Assembly: GCA_036172245.1 (NCBI GenBank)
Contig: JAYWIR010000037.1
Coordinates: 806,001-870,000, forward strand
Length of the DNA stretch: 64,000 bases
Direction of reading: 5' to 3'
From: Raillietiella orientalis
Taxonomy: Eukaryota
In this document: positions 1 through 14,100 of the stretch, piece after piece
Layout: each line of letters starts with the position of its first letter
Numbering within the stretch: position 1 is the stretch's first letter
Program-made: the position numbers and the translations under genes
Notes under the pieces: model-generated
The model's database searches: none
What the model was told of the DNA's origin: nothing
The model's input: only the letters and a program-made list of their open reading frames with translations

Positions 1-3000
1 TTTAAAGCTCTCTTTCGGAAAAATCAAGATCACCCCATGGGTCTCAGTGGTTCTGTCCCCATATGCGACCCAATCACACCAACCGCTCGGTTTATTTATT
101 CAATCAAGGCGCGGTGTGCTTCCAGCTGTAGTGGAGGCAACGTTCGGGAAGACTCAGTGATTCAATTGGGAGAATGCGGAGAAAGAAGTCATGCGTCGTT
201 ACATTACGATGAAATAAATGAAACGCCTGTTCACGGAACGGAGGAATGTAAAAGAGATGGCTTAGATTTCAATCTCGTGCTGTCTGCACGTTTCCGATGG
301 GAATCAAATAAAATCATTAAAGCAGGCGAGAACATAATTAGAAATTCAAATTTTCGAACCGCGTCACGTCAGCAGAATCGGAATTGGAATTCGTCAGTCA
401 GGAGAAGAAAAAGAGAGAGAGAGAGAGAGAGGAGGAGGAGGAGGAAGAAGAAGCAAATAAGCAAGAAAGCAGTGGGCATTTTTTGGGATTCTTACAAAAA
501 CATGCGTTGTTGTTCCCTCTGTAGGGGAAATCGGTGTATGTTTGGTCGTGCTGAACCGGAAGCGAACATCATGTAATCTTAAGAGGGAAACAACCCACGC
601 CGCAAAAGTCGCAGAATGCACAACAAGGTTGATGCTCAGCTTCTGTTGATGTTTCTGTGATGCCTAGCGGCAGGCTGTGCGCAGCTGTTTGGGGAGCACC
701 TACAACTCCTCAGCCAAGTTGAACAGAGGTCGACCAGCGGGGAGGCGAGTTCAGCTGCCGAAACGACCTTGTTTCGCGATCATGCCTCGGCGGCCCAATC
801 TGAATGCCTCCGGTTTACCGAACAGATTCCCGACTGGTAACTGGTAACGGAATGATTTGAAATAAACTTCTTGCTGCAGAATGCTGATACTCAATGCAGA
901 TCAGGAAGACGCGGAGTGGGACGAGTGTCAAGGAAGCGAACGCTGCCAAGTAAGAAAATTATATTTCCTGAGCCAATAAAGCCAATCCTTTGTTGACAGG
1001 GCAGGAAGGACATTTTCCTCCATCGCTAGCAGATGGAGCTACGTGCCCGCGGACTGGGGTCGACAGCGAGTATACAGGAACTCTGCCGCCGACACACCAT
1101 CATGAAACAGGAAAGGCCGTCGAGCTTCTCCACGAATCGGGCGGCCAATTCCCAAATGGGTCCTAGAGATTTCCCAGAGCAGCCCTGCAGAATCCTTTCA
1201 TCGTGGAGACAGTGGATGGAGACCACCGCCACACTCACACTACCTAAGAAAAGGCGGCTTATTCGAAACCGCAAGCATGAACTACATGCTGAGCAAGCGC
1301 CACTGCGGTGCCAAAACCTTTTTGCTTTGCTGTGCATCTCACGAGGCACCGAGGAAGCGCTTCCGGGCTGGAGCGGCACCTCATTTCTTGGCGGCAGTCA
1401 AGCATCGCATAGGATTGTCGGGGGCTCTCGACGATGGAACAACGATGAGGAAGATGTGAGCAGTTCCGGAGCCGTGCGACTCGTGGTCACGTGACTAATT
1501 TTTTTTTTCTTTCCTCTGTCGGAAATTTGGTGATGACAGTTCGGGAGGAGGACGGGAAGGATCCTCTAGTCGAAACTGTATACTTATTCGAAGGATGGAC
1601 CGCAGACACTGCTGACCTCTTGAAATACCTTGAACAGATAATGTTCTAGACTTGGACTTGTTGATAAGCTGTCATATCAGTCCCCTAATGTAACCTCAGT
1701 GGACTTCCTTGTCACTGAGACACGTGTGGCACTCTCGATTGTGGATCATCAAATCCTCATTATGGATTTATTATGGATGATTGAGGACGTTCTTACACAA
1801 TCTCACGTACGTGGTCAAAGAGTCGATACATTCCCTTGGACGCCATAGCAAGGATGATCTCACTTAGCAGCCATTAAAAACACACACACACACAGTGCTC
1901 TTCTTTCCTGAACCCAGCTGGCAGCGGGCAGGCGGGCCCTGCCACGCCAGAGCATGGGAAGACGCCGACGGTTTCCTGCAGGTGCCGATCGCTCCCGTCT
2001 TTCGTCTTGGTCCGAACGAGGTCCCCGGCCTTGGATGTCTATCGACCACGTGGGGGGAACGGCCCATGTAGCAACCCGCGTGAGCGCCGCGTGGCAGCTC
2101 GAAAAGACAAAGGAAGCGCATCTGCAGATGAGCCTCTCTCAGCCTCGCGACGATCCCTCCTGTCCGCGGAGCGGACAAGAAAAAACAGGTGCTCCATCCC
2201 CCGCCAGGGTTGCAAGGATTCTCGGGTGCCGTGACGTTTCCGCCGACAGCGCCCGTTCCGTGCCTGCGCGCGCGCCCACGCAAGCGCTGGTGATGCTAGT
2301 GACGTCGATTGGCAAGTCGACATCGAGCTAGCGAATCCCCACAGCCGGAAGAACACAATGCTCCTGATAGCACCAGATCATGGCGATCCGTGGGGATGGG
2401 GACGCGGATCCCTTCCTCTCTAGGCAGTGGAACCTCCGGTCACGCTGCGTTCAGCTGCTGGAGCAACTGCTTTGGCAGCGCTTTTCAGCGTTCACCCTGC
2501 GAGGAGGCGCCCAGCCCTGTGATGTCTCCCGCTGCAAATGAAAGGTCTGGGTTCCTGCTCTAGGGACGGCTGAGCGGCGAGAGGAAGCGTGCCTTTTTCC
2601 GAATGGGCCCATGGAGTGCGCGGCTGTCAGCTGCGGCTGGGGGAGATCAAAGGAAATGAACGTTCCAGACGGGCCTGCCGAACTTCGACGGCAGACATCT
2701 TTGTCCGGCGCCGTTTATGCGAACAGGGCACTGTCGCTGTCGGGCTCATCTTAGCGTTTGATCGCTGCGCATCTCCCACGGCAACCATTCCCGACGTCTG
2801 CCCAGCTCAGAGACACACTGCGCTCCAGGCAGGAGGATATCACGCACGAAGAGCTTCACATCCCCATCCTTCGAGGACTCCTTCTGATCTTTCGGTTGTG
2901 TGATCGGTACAGGCGGGCTTCGGACCTTCCCCCTTTTCCAACGGCGTGGCCCTGAAAAGTTTCTCCCTTGCCGGCCCCGTGTTACTCCTTCCGCTCTGCC

Positions 3001-4322
3001 GGAAAGAGGAAATCCAGGCTCAGCAGGGTTCCCTCGTTCAGGAGGGAAGGGAAGAGAGGGAAGGCATCGTGTTCTTGAGCATTAGACCTGCCCTCTGGAA
3101 GAGCAGCTCAAAAGCAACCCAGAGGATGTCGGATGACGATGTCAGCGCGATCTTCGTCATCGATGCCTCCCGGGTCCTCTCGACTACGAAGAAAGAAAAG
3201 AAAAAGAGCAAGAAAAAAATGCGAACTTATCGCTCTCCATCGCTCCATCGAGTTTGAGCCTGGATTCTGCTCCACAGCCCCAGTGCAGAATCCGGTATCA
3301 AACCCCTTCCGGCTGGAGTGTACTCACACTTGCGTCATCAACCGGTTGCCCACTTATGCAAGCAACAGTGATGGGACTCTAGGTCCTCTAAAGTCCACAT
3401 GTTCAGGAAAAGATGCCGTGATACTGGTACGTTGACCGGCAAGGAGACACAGAAAAACTAAAAATACATGATTGAACAATTATTAATAAGTAATTGAGGA
3501 ATTATTACGGGATCACAGTCTGTTCCGCAGCGTCCTGTGCATCCTCTGAAGCATGTCGACGGGTTCCGCCTGTAGGCTCCCAGATGGTGCCGTGCCACCG
3601 CGATTTTCAAGGAGCGAACGGCGAAATGGTTGATGTCCCTGCCGTGCTGGCCTCTTTCACGCCATAATCCCGCGAAGACAGCAAACAGCTCTTCCAGCAA
3701 CGCGGCTGGCGGCAGGGCGTCGCACAGGAGAAAGTTCTTTGCAACATCTCCGAAGTTTTCCGCCAGGGGTCGGAACGCCGTCGTGGCGATGTTCCCAAAC
3801 GGGCCGGAGCTCGCGGTTGCGGGGACGAAAAATCCTCCAAGCACGAGTTTCGCTTGGTGCGCGGAGTGTGAAGCGCTCCCGCACATTTTTGCTCCTGGAC
3901 TGGGCCAGGCTGGCAAGTGGTTTTCAGGACCTGAAGAGCACTTTTATGGTAAAAATCCATGGCATCTTGGGTGCGAACTATCCTCCTTTTCTGGAGAAAG
4001 GGAACCGAAGAGGAAAGGCAGTGCCGGCGGAGATCGCGCGACGCTGCGCTCCTTAAGCCTCGCGCAAGCAGGGAGGCCGACGCAGAGACCACGCACGCGC
4101 AACAGGAATCCTTGATCTTCGCAAGATGGACGCTTCTCACATCTTTCTCCGCCATCTCCGCCAGTTTCTTGGATAAGGATCCACGTATCTTCTAGGATTT
4201 GGTTCTCTCTCTCTCTCGTTTCCGCGCAGCAGGCCCACCAGGATCACATCCTTGCTCCGGACACACCCATCTCTTCTCCCGTACCAGAGAAGAACGAAAG
4301 AGAGTCGCCCTTTCCTCCGCGC

Positions 4323-5155
4323 ATGCCGTGTTCTCGGTTCACAACACAACTCGTCTCCTCTTCCTCATCGATCTCTTCCCTTGGCATCCTGAGGATCCCC
4401 ACGGGCAGGTACTTCAAGTACCTCAGCGTACCGTTGGATGACTTCTGCTCAGCAGAAGAGTGGACTGACCGCCTTCAAAAGGCTAAGATGGCTCTTGTCC
4501 TGTTCCTCGATGGCAAGTCCGTCTTGCTGCATCGGGCCGCCATCGAAAACACCTTACTCAAGCCCCCTACTCAGGCCTGGGAGGACCTGGGAGGTCCAAG
4601 ATCCGCCTCAAAGACTTGACGGCGCGACATCGGAACGACGGCCATCCTGATGCGAGAGAAAATCGGACCGCAGGTGTAGTCCCGGATGTTGGCCCTTTAC
4701 GCCAAACTGTTGACTTTTTCGAGCAGCATCTTTCATCCCTCGGCGGTGTGCCGACGGCGAAAAACTGCTCTCGCTGCTGACGCGTTCCAGTTACGAGATG
4801 CGGGGATTTGGTTTCCCTCTGAGGCGCCTCCCTCCTAGAAGTCCGTCCGTAAATCTCCTGTCGCCACTGCACCCTACCGCCTGGCGGCAGAAGGCGGTTA
4901 TGTTCTGGGCCACGTTTCAAGGAAGGTGCCCAGTGGAACTTCCTCTGCGTCTCTTCTTTAGTCATCCACCGGAAGCGGTGATGGAGGACTCGCGCTACGA
5001 CCCAAGGTGTGGCGGCCAGGGTATCGCGATTCGTCCTTGGTTCACTCCGGCTGGACCCCTTCCTTTGCTCCTATTGTTGTCGTCGGTTGGGAACACATAT
5101 TTCCAACTGGTTTATTATTTTTTTTTATAAGATAAAAGTTTCGGCGTGACCGGGT
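4323..5155 (+). mobile_element. LINE ORF2 fragment (RT thumb to 3' end)
   Basis: RYFKYLSVPLDD...HRAAIENTLL thumb-like motif; ends at GATAAAAG-TTTCGG-CGTGA-CCGGGT terminal hairpin (5131-5155); may be a composite of fragments. Confidence 0.65.
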
Positions 5156-5159
5156 AACA

Positions 5160-5980
5160 AACTTCAGGTAACTGCTCTTTTTGAGCCACCAGCACATGGA
5201 GGCTGAGAGGGTGGCGCGGACGCAACATCCCGTCGCAATCACGGCGCCTGCCGAGAGTCCTCCGGGCGCGAAACATCTCTGCAGCAAGTCCTTGGCAGTG
5301 TCCTTCAGGAGAGGGAGCGCGGGAGACAGCCCCATTCCGCAGTTCCAGGAGGGCGCTGCAGTCCAACAATGGGTGGGGAGCGATTCGATCATCCTGCACC
5401 CTAAACAGTTTGGGAATGCAACTAACTCCCTGGAAACAAGGCGCCAGCTCTGATTGCACCGAAAACCTCAGTGCAAAGACACCCGCACCTCGTGCTTCCA
5501 TTTAATCGGGAACACCGAGGTGTTCGACGTAAAGGGACGGACCCCAAGCTTTTTGGGAGCAATCCTGATTTCATCGAAGGAGTCCCTTCGTCTGCGAATG
5601 ACGTATGGCTGCGTTCTCCGGGTCACGAGTTTTCCAGCCTCCCAAGAGTTTCGTCTTTCCTGCAATGGCGCAGAACTCCCACCTCGCCGGTCGGCAGCTG
5701 TCTTCTCTTGCCCTGAGGGAAGACAGAGCTGCGGCAAGGGGTTTGGAAGCCAAGATGGACCACATCAATGCATCCTGCATCACAAAGTCCAGCGGTCATG
5801 TTAGCAGATGTCAGAGGGGGCGAAGATCTTCAGGGCGCATTCCCTGAAACGCAGCCCAGAACCCAACAGCTTCCTGCCGCCAGGCATTGAAGTTCGTCGG
5901 GAGGCAGGAAATCTACGGTTGGGCTTCCATTAGAGAGGCGAGTTGCCTCAGGGAGAAGCTGAATTCCCACATTCTGGAGT
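5160..5980 (-). mobile_element. LINE ORF2 C-terminal fragment with zf-RVT
   Basis: Across frameshifts reads PLAAALSSLRAREDSCRPARWEF...FPIKWKHEVRVSLH.GFRCN...FPNCLGCRMIESLPHPLLDC; homologous to 17510-17900 and 33020-33560. Confidence 0.8.
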
Positions 5981-6460
5981 AGGTGCCCGGCCTCAACGAA
6001 AGCAGTCCTTCGCTGCCGGCGCATCTCCGCAGGATGATGCGTGCAGCGCACACATGGGGCAAGTCCACAGCTTGGCACAGAGTGCCAGCCTTCGGAACTG
6101 CTCTTGCGGCCCGATTCTCTTCAGCGTCATTTATGCTATTTACGACTGCAATGCAGGAGGTCACCCGCATTGCAGTCCCCCTTTACATGAAGACGGCTGC
6201 CAAGTGGCCTCACTTGTAGAAGAAAGTTAAGGCTGAGATCGGCATCGTCCAGCGCCACTTCCAGAAGGAAGGAACTGCAAAAACCAGTGACCCCAGTCTT
6301 TCCTCTCTTATTTATTCACTTATTGCACTCACTTTCCCGTTCTGGACTTCAGATGCAACCAACCTGCGCGTTGGCTCACTTGTTCCTTGATCTTTTTTGT
6401 TTTCCTTTAGGGGAAGAAGGTCCCAAAACGTCTGTGCATTTTTTTTTTTTTTTTGAACAA
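5980..6460 (+). mobile_element. LINE ORF2 extreme C-terminus and T-rich 3'UTR
   Basis: YMKTAAKWPHL...IGIVQRHF family end motif followed by a pyrimidine/T tract. Confidence 0.65.
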
Positions 6461-6499
6461 ACTCTCCAGGTCATAAATCTCCTATTTGATCACTCAGAG

Positions 6500-7100
6500 C
6501 ACCTTCCGCGGTTGGGTGGACAAAACGCCCCCCGGTGCATTTGTCAGCTTGTCTTCGTACCCATTCTCGCTCCGCTTGCAGAAGCAGGTCATCGCAAAGA
6601 CCCAGAGGCACCAAGTTCGAGCAGCTACAAACCGGCAGCGCGCTCAGCAGGTGTTGCGGAGCGCGTAGCAAGACGCGTAGTGGCGGAGACACGGCTCTCG
6701 AGAGACCGTGGCAGGTGGCTTCTCGCCCCAGCGGCTCCACGAGGGCTCATAAGAAGACCTCGTGCTTTCAACGAGGCATTGGGTCTGTGTAGTGACCCAG
6801 TCTCGAGAGGGTGATTGGCCTCCTCTTCGTGGCCATCGAGAAAGACTTTCACCAAATCACCGACCTCTAGCCATGCTCCATCATCACTGCCACGAATGTG
6901 CCGCCCGTGCACTGTCACCCCGGAGGACTCACTGCAAACCTCAATAAAGAACCGTTCCAGCTGCTGTGGGGATCAGATGGAACAGTCGGAAACGCGCTTC
7001 CTTCTCGTCCAGTGTTCCTGCTCTGCGGATGTGTTTTCGCATGCCCTGTGGGAACGCTCCAGGCAAAGGTTGCGTGTCGATAACTCGATAGGAACCTTCG
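6500..7100 (+). mobile_element. Degenerate LINE reverse transcriptase fragment (domains ~1-4)
   Basis: SSYKPAA (cf. NYRPIS), PRGLIRR (cf. Q.GF), LLFVAIEKDFHQI (cf. LFLDFEKAFD), GNALPSRPVFLLC (cf. QG.PLSP.LF). Confidence 0.6.
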
Positions 7101-8869
7101 AAGAGTCTCCGATTCCTCATTTAGATAACCTCTCATTTCCGTGGTGACGTGTTCCCTGTGACGAGTCTTGTAGTTGCTCCTTTTTGATGGCCAAGAAGCC
7201 GGAACAGGCCGAAGGAATCGGCAACTGCAGGAGCTGTGGAGGAAGAGGATGCTGAGCTCGTCGAGATGCAACCCGTCTAGGAAGCGAGACCTCCTTCGTC
7301 TCCCGGAGCAAGTAGAGAGACGTGGCTGCTCAGGCAGGGTGTAGCAAAAACCACCCGGATGGCACAGACGTCAGGGCTCGTGCGGCGAGTAATTCCGAGC
7401 CCTGCCTGCGCCAAGAGGTAGGGCCAAGCCTCCTCGCGCGAGACCGGGCGTTCGTCTTCGGCCGAGCCCCAGGGACTCGGCATGCGAATAGAAGAGCCTG
7501 AGGCGCTCTCTATCCTTAGACGGGGGGGGGGAAGGATCTCTGAGCTCAATGTGCAAGGATGCGAGGGTGGGGTAGTAGTCGACGAGTCACCAATGCACCT
7601 TTGCCAATGAGGACTTCGATGAGAGCAGCTTGCGGGTTCCAGGCCCTTCTCTGGAACCCAGGACTGTTAGATCGTGGACCACTTCAGGGAAGTCGCGCTC
7701 CGGATGAGCCATCAGGAGGCCAATCCGAGTACTTTGGGAATATGCCACGTGGCAGGAGCTGTGCCTCAATCCCTTTCCTTGTTTTTCGAAGAGACTTTCG
7801 GTGGTTCTGTAGCGGCACACATCACGGTGGAATAGTGGTGGTGAGATCCTTCCTGGCAAGGTGAAGAGGACCTGGTGGACCTGTGATTCCCCGAAAGGGG
7901 GGAAGCGTCCAGACACTGCCAGGCGGCGGAGTACAAAGGCGTACCGCGCTGTGCGGTGCCTTCTCTGCGACGCGGTTAGCCAAACCAAGGATCCGCTTCC
8001 CGACGTCCACGGCTCCGCGCAAAGCATGGGAAGGAGAAGCAGGGGGGGAAAGAGCTTAGGAACACGAACGCTCCCGGCAAAACTCCCTGCGAAGAACAAG
8101 GAACTCTTCGGCGAAGACGTAGTGGAAGAAGCGGCAGCCGCTTAGGCAAAGGCAGCGAAGAAAAAGAAGCCCTAGAGTTAGGAGGGGGGAAGAAGGAGCA
8201 AGGAAATCATCTCCACACTAAGACAGGAGTGCTGACAAGTAAACGCTCACCTTCTCACGCCCAAGAGTCTAGAGAAGACTAGGGAGTTGAGGGTGCGGAG
8301 GCAAAAAGTGCTAAAGATGTAAGCGGCTGCGTTCTCTGCTTCCCAGTCACCGCTTTCGTCAGAGTTTCCAGCCGAACGGGAATTGGGAGACAATGTCCCG
8401 GAGATGAGCAGCTCCAGAAAGGGAGGCACCTGCCTCTCTCGGACTCGGAAGTGCAATCGGAGGTTTTCATGACCGACGGCGTCGCCGAGAAACGTGGATT
8501 AGAGAATGTCGCGGAAGGTACGGGTTCCTGTGAAGGGCATTCCTTTAGCAAGCAAAGCTGCTGCTCCTTGTGAGGTGGAAGCTCGCGTGAGCGAGCAGCA
8601 TCTGGGGACGCAGCCAGTGTAACATCCCGGAAGCGTCGGCCTACCGGAGAGCGTCTGGTGGTGAGCGAGGCGGGAGCTCCTTCGGGAAGTTCCCAGTCAC
8701 AAATAGGGACATCTCATGTGCATCATCTGCAAGTTGCCGTCCGACCGGGCGGATCTCAGTGTGGCTTACCCTGCTCACTCCTCCTTTTCCGAAATCTCGA
8801 GGATGATGGCGCTACTGAACGGTGGGAGCCTTTCGATATCTCCCACCGTCCGATAACGCCATCTTCTGG

Positions 8870-9520
8870 TGGCTAAAACCTAGGTCTTTGGGAAATCCGC
8901 GCGATTTCAGAAAAAAGGAGGCGTGAGCAGGGTAAGCCGCACTAGGGGTCGTAACCCCTCGAGCACTGTCGGAGTGTCGCTTTCCGTGCACGTGGCTGAA
9001 GAGCGGACGCTTCGAAGGCGAAGCATGGCTTCCGTTTGTTGAGAAGATGCCTGGCGAATTGTCCTCAAGTGGTCCGATCCGAGGTCGATCACGTATGACG
9101 AAACTCCTATGCGCGATGTGACCACAACGTGTGCATGGACAAAGTCATCTCGGTGAGTTCGGAGGCCGCTGGCTGACCACCGGCGCGGGCCTTAACGTGG
9201 CGCATCCGATGGCAGGTGCTTCAGCCTTCTCCTGCCATCAAGTGGCGTGCCAGTGGAAAGGCTCTCGCAGAGGCAGAGGCCAACCGCGAGTTGCGCGCGC
9301 CGGTGCACGCGACCCACTGCCCTACCGACGAGCCCAGCACGCAGGACTCTGTCGACCGCGCCTTCTTCGACGACCACTTGGATTTGCGGATGGACTGGGA
9401 AGGTAGAGCGAGATCGGCCCTTTCTGACCACTCCAGGATCGAGGTAGAACTGCTTCCACCGGGGAAGGGCCCCCCGGCGAAAGCGCGGAAGCTGCCGCGG
9501 GATTGACTCCGTCACCCGGA
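8870..9520 (+). mobile_element. LINE APE endonuclease fragment
   Basis: IVLKWSD...DRAFFDDHLDLRMD...ALSDHSRIEVELLP; homologous to the APE at 17900-18630. Confidence 0.75.
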
Positions 9521-10573
9521 CGGGAGCAGAGAAACTCCGTGTCTTTCTTTTTAATCGGTGGCTTTGCACCTACCAAAGTCCTCAAAGAGGGCCTGATCCG
9601 CTTCAAGGAATCGCTCCGGCAGTTTACGCTTGGTGTCTCCCGCACCTCCTGCCCGCCCACAAATTCGGAGGGATGAGAAGTCTTCGAGGGAGGTGCTTCG
9701 GTTGCTCCAGAAGAGGTGAGGAAGACGATGAGCATGACTTCAAGGAGCAGCAGCTGCCTACCGGATTACTTCGAACGCCGGAAGTTCCGGCGGTCGGAGC
9801 CTCCGCCCAATGGGCGTTCCACGGCAAGAATCAGGAACTTCTTCTGGAGCTTCCGAAAGGCTTGGACGCCCGCGAACCCTTACACTGCACCTGCGCTAGC
9901 AATGTGCTGATAAACGTTTCTTCCAGTGGTCACTGGCTGGCTACGTACGCGGCTTGCCAGTGCGGGGGGGGTGCATCGGGGCAAGCACACAGCTCGAGCT
10001 CCATCATGTTCTGCATCTTCTTCCAGTTGGTGCTGCGGGATATCTCAGCGGACTCTGCCAACTTCCAGCCTCTGCGCCGACAGCCGTGGCGGCGTGTGCC
10101 GGTGGCCTCCTCCCTTGGCTGTCCACGTCCACCCAAGCAGTCGCTGTAAAGGAATCCTCCGCTGGAAGTGAGCGTGGCCTTGGTTGCCGAAAACTGGATA
10201 CGGCGTTAACGCCCGATTGAGAGCAAGCTCTAGTGGAAGGGGATGGTGGAGCTCCGAACAGACAGAAAGTCTAAGAGCAGAGACCTCTCCTCCTCCGTGA
10301 TAAAGGATGAGGCGGGATGGTGCCACTTGCAACAAGGAGCGAAGGACAAGGTCTTCTGCGACGCACGCAAGCTGCAGAGGTCATGACTATAACCTGTGAT
10401 CTCTTCCCTTCCTTCCCCTACTTATTTATTTATGTATTGCCCTTCCCCTTAACCTTCCTTATCCTTCTGTGTAGCCGATCAGAGAGCCGGTGCTGCCTCC
10501 CCCATTCATGAACTCGTGAAACTTCGTAGGATTGACTGCTTATTTTTTTGTTCCCTCAGCTTGACCTCCTCAT

Positions 10574-10900
10574 CCCGGATATCCGGGTTATTTATTTAAA
10601 ATAAATGAATAGATAAAACGAGTAGAGTCCGAGACCGACATGTGTCTGCCCGTACCCAAAGGAACTACCCTTGCTAGGGGCAGAGCTAGGGTGAGGAAGG
10701 GGGGGTGAAGAGAGGGACAATAATTAAATAGGGAAATGGATCGACCAATCTCGCGGTACTCTGCATGATTCCCGAGGGCCTTTCCCCCTTGAACGGAGGA
10801 GATACGGGAAGAAAATCGGTCCTTGCTCGTTGGAAAGTTTCCCTTGGATCTCGCATCCCGTGTTGGGTCAGCCAGGGTCCCTTGCAAGCGATCGAGATCG
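10574..10900 (-). mobile_element. LINE 3' end fragment
   Basis: On the minus strand: pyrimidine tract, AATAAA (10591-10596), then palindromic CCCGGATATCCGGG (10574-10587). Confidence 0.55.
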
Positions 10901-12004
10901 CAGACGGTTCCATGGAACGACGGCCGCCTTCTTTTTCCATTTTGGCGGTCGCCGCTGCTCGCGAGCGTCAGAGAGCTGCCAAAGAGGAGGCAGACTGCAA
11001 GTCCGGAGAATTGGACATGCCTGAGCGAGCCCTGCGAGGCAACATCGGGGGAAATGTTGTGCCCCGACCCCTCTCATTTGAGGAGCACGTGAGGAAGAGC
11101 CTCCACATACCGCAATGGTTTGCACTCTTCCCTCCGGCGCCCTTTCCTCTGGGACTTTTCGCGACGGCTGCACGGCAGCAGGCGTCGCCGAGCGAGAAGC
11201 CGGAAACGGAAGAGGTTATCCAAGTGGAGGCTTGAGACGCTTCGGCGCCCACCGCGCCAACACGGTGTGGATTCGCCGTCGTCGTCGTGCGGAGTGACCG
11301 ATGCAATTCCTCGGCGCCTGACGGGGGCGAGCGGTTGGCAAAAGGCAGGTTCTCGAGAAGCGTTCCCATCGTCAGCCGGCCCCATCGGCGCGCGCACCTC
11401 AAAACTCCGAAACGGAGTTCGATCTCTGGGGACGAAGTGGCAACACTGCGTGCGGACGTTATACCGACACCACGCAGAAACCCTAGGAGGAAGATGACGT
11501 CGGAAGTGGTCGCCTGCGAGCAAGAGGGCAGCACGAGGGACGAAAGAGGCTCCACGATGCCTTAGAAGCACCCGCGCTGCCGAACGGCCACTCCACAGGT
11601 GAGGCGGGGAACACTCCGAGGAGACCTCTCCCGATGCGAAGACTCGCTTCCTCCCACCGCCTCAGCGTGGCAGTTGCCAGCGGGCTGCGAGGAGGCGGCG
11701 AGAAGAGGCAAACCGCAGCCGGGCAACGCCGCGTCCCCACGAGCTCATACCCTGGCAAGGGATTCACATCTCCAGACACGGGATTCGTTGAAGCCACTCC
11801 GCCACGCCGGGGCGTTCGTTCGAACGAAAATAAACAAAGATGGGAGCGCAGCTCCCTGCAAAGAGAAACAAACTGGTGGCGAGGATGCAACAGATCGCTG
11901 GACCTGAAGATTCGCCTCAGCAGGTCACAGGTGATGGTGTCCTGATGCGGACGCACTGAAATCAGTCTCCACCACACATCTCCGATGATGAGAACCTTTT
12001 GGTT

Positions 12005-12640
12005 GACTCCCGGTTTGTTTATAATAAAAAAAAAAAACATACAGGTCAGTGACAGAGCGCTTGGTCCTACCACTTATAAATACACGAACCTCCGGGAACC
12101 GGCACGCGCGCCGATGAAGTTAGCCTCGGCAGCAGAGCGCAGGAGGGGAAACAAACAAAAAGGAAAAACAAAACAAAAAACATGTACAAAAAAATTGGAA
12201 GGGTTCGGGAAGGGATTACCGGATGTTGGAGGGTGTTCTCTGCATCCTTGTAAGGATACCGGCAAGTTCCTATTTCATGACTCTCAGATGGGGCCATCTC
12301 CACGCTGTCCTCATGAAGAGGACAGCAAAATAGATGGCGCCCTTGTCGTTCAGGCCTTCTCCGGAGGTGCTCATTGCAACCACGGTCCCACCGCGTGGAC
12401 AGCACAGTGCTGCTAGGGATGCGGCCGGAGCGAGGGCGTCGTGCAGGAAGAGGCGCTTTAAAACGTCTCTGGGACTGAGGAAAAGCATTTCCACAAGAGA
12501 TGGAGGGCGACACGATCCAGGAGCAGGTGAGGGAAGGAATCTCTTCCTCCGCACCTGCTGCAGTTCGGGCTTAACACTCCCCCAGGACGAGGGCGACAGA
12601 TCCTCGACCAGGAAGTCTTCGACCTCAATAAATCGCACTG
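12005..12640 (-). mobile_element. 5'-truncated LINE 3' end (post-zf-RVT C-terminus and structured 3'UTR)
   Basis: LKRLFLHDALAPAASLAALCC...FMRTAWRWPHL..ELAGILTRMQRTP; T tract, CTGCCG stem domain, GTGGTAGG/TCTGTCAC hairpin; close relative of 36623-37120. Confidence 0.8.
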
Positions 12641-12784
12641 CGGTGTCTGCTCTACTAATTAGAACACCCCAGGAACCTTTTGGGAGTTCTTCCGTATTCG
12701 CCGCTTCCCTTCCAGCCGTTTTTTTTTTTTGGGGTGGGTGGGTGGGAGGGAGTTTCCTTTTTTTGTTTTGGTGCGCAAAGTGGC

Positions 12785-13420
12785 TGAAGAACCGTTCGTC
12801 TCCTCAGGGAGGGATCACAAAGCTCTTAAAGAATCATCCGTGCCACTCGAGAGTGCGTGCGAAAGTTAGGGGGTGACTCCGTAAGGACCATCCTACTAAT
12901 CCAGGGATGTGCCGGAGGACATAGTCCGTTTCTCTTACGCCTGGTAGGAAATCCCGAAGAAAACCTCTTCTTTATTTTCTCCGAAGGGACTCCCTGGAAA
13001 GGATCCGCTCCTTGTTTACTCTTCTGAGGGAAACCACAAAGGGCACTTTCCCGAAAGAGCAACGTGCTTTTTCACACTCTGGAGAGGTGTCAACCCACCA
13101 GCTTCAAGGAACGCGATGGAGAATCCATTTGCACAACCGGAGAGGCACCGCTGAGGAAACCGGCTTGTTATTTCCTGGAAGGATACCGGAGGGCAAACTT
13201 CCAGTCCTGGCCTGTCAATGGGGGCATCCGGGAGTTTCCGGCTTCCACCAGTGCCACCGCATCCGAATAGGCCAACCATCATCATCTTGCGGATGGGGGA
13301 CTCGAAACCCACGGCGCACCCGTTTTTCGGCGTCGATCCTCCATGTGGGTATTCGAACCTGCGACTCCTGATGATGCCATGCGCGACATGACACAGCCAC
13401 ATGACCGCTCCTACGCGAGC
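12785..13420 (-). mobile_element. tRNA-headed SINE-like element with hairpin-module array (copy S1)
   Basis: B-box GGTTCGAATACC (rc of 13348-13359), second B-box-like motif about 50 nt downstream; body aligns by eye with 31815-32430, 36328-36622 and 37121-37290; non-coding. Confidence 0.65.
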
Positions 13421-13639
13421 CTCAGTCAAAAAGCAGGTGCGGGATCGACTCGATCGACCCGCACCTGATGCGATCCCTGCCACCTGATGCGATCCCGGAA
13501 TGCAGCTCTCTCGAAGACGCGGTGCCAGGGCTGAAGCCGCTGAAGTCGAGCAAAGGCAAGGGAGGGAAGACCACGCTTGCGGTGCGGCTAGACAGGATGG
13601 TGAACCTGGCAGGGAAGGGAGGGAGCAGTGCGCAGCGTG

Positions 13640-14100
13640 CGTTCCGGCGAGCATAGACGAGTGGGCTACTCTGTTATTAACTGGATCGACCTGGTCCTCG
13701 GGAACGTGAGTACTTCAATCGACTCCAAAAGTCTCCTTGGGAGAACGGAGCTCTTCGACACTCTCCAGAACCGCTGACCCACCAACACCAACCCCAGAGT
13801 AACGCATCTCATCGCAGGAAACTTAAACATCCACCATCAACATCCACCTTGATGTCAAATGAGAGCAGCTCTGGGAGCCGAGGGATGCTGGCTCATCCCC
13901 TGCACGTTGAGAGGAAGACTGCGTCCGTGCCTTCCGACCATCCTAGAGGGCAGCTGGAGAAGCTCCAATCCACCTGGCTGGCAAACCGAAGGACATTCGG
14001 CGGCGGACTGGCTTTGCCATCCGGAGCATCTCCGCCACTTCCTACGAAGTTTGGCTGCATGGAAGGAAGGTGTTTGAAAGAGTGAAAGCCTGACCGAGCT
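13640..14100 (+). mobile_element. Degenerate LINE APE fragment
   Basis: RVGYSVINWIDLVLGNV... and VTHLIAGNLNIH match the APE copy at 18080-18260 (GRVGQLVLKWSDSIDLVVTNVYAP, HLIAGDF). Confidence 0.65.

Noticed and set aside
37..576. 179-aa ORF
   Set aside because: Runs through (GA)n/(GGA)n microsatellites; no recognisable product
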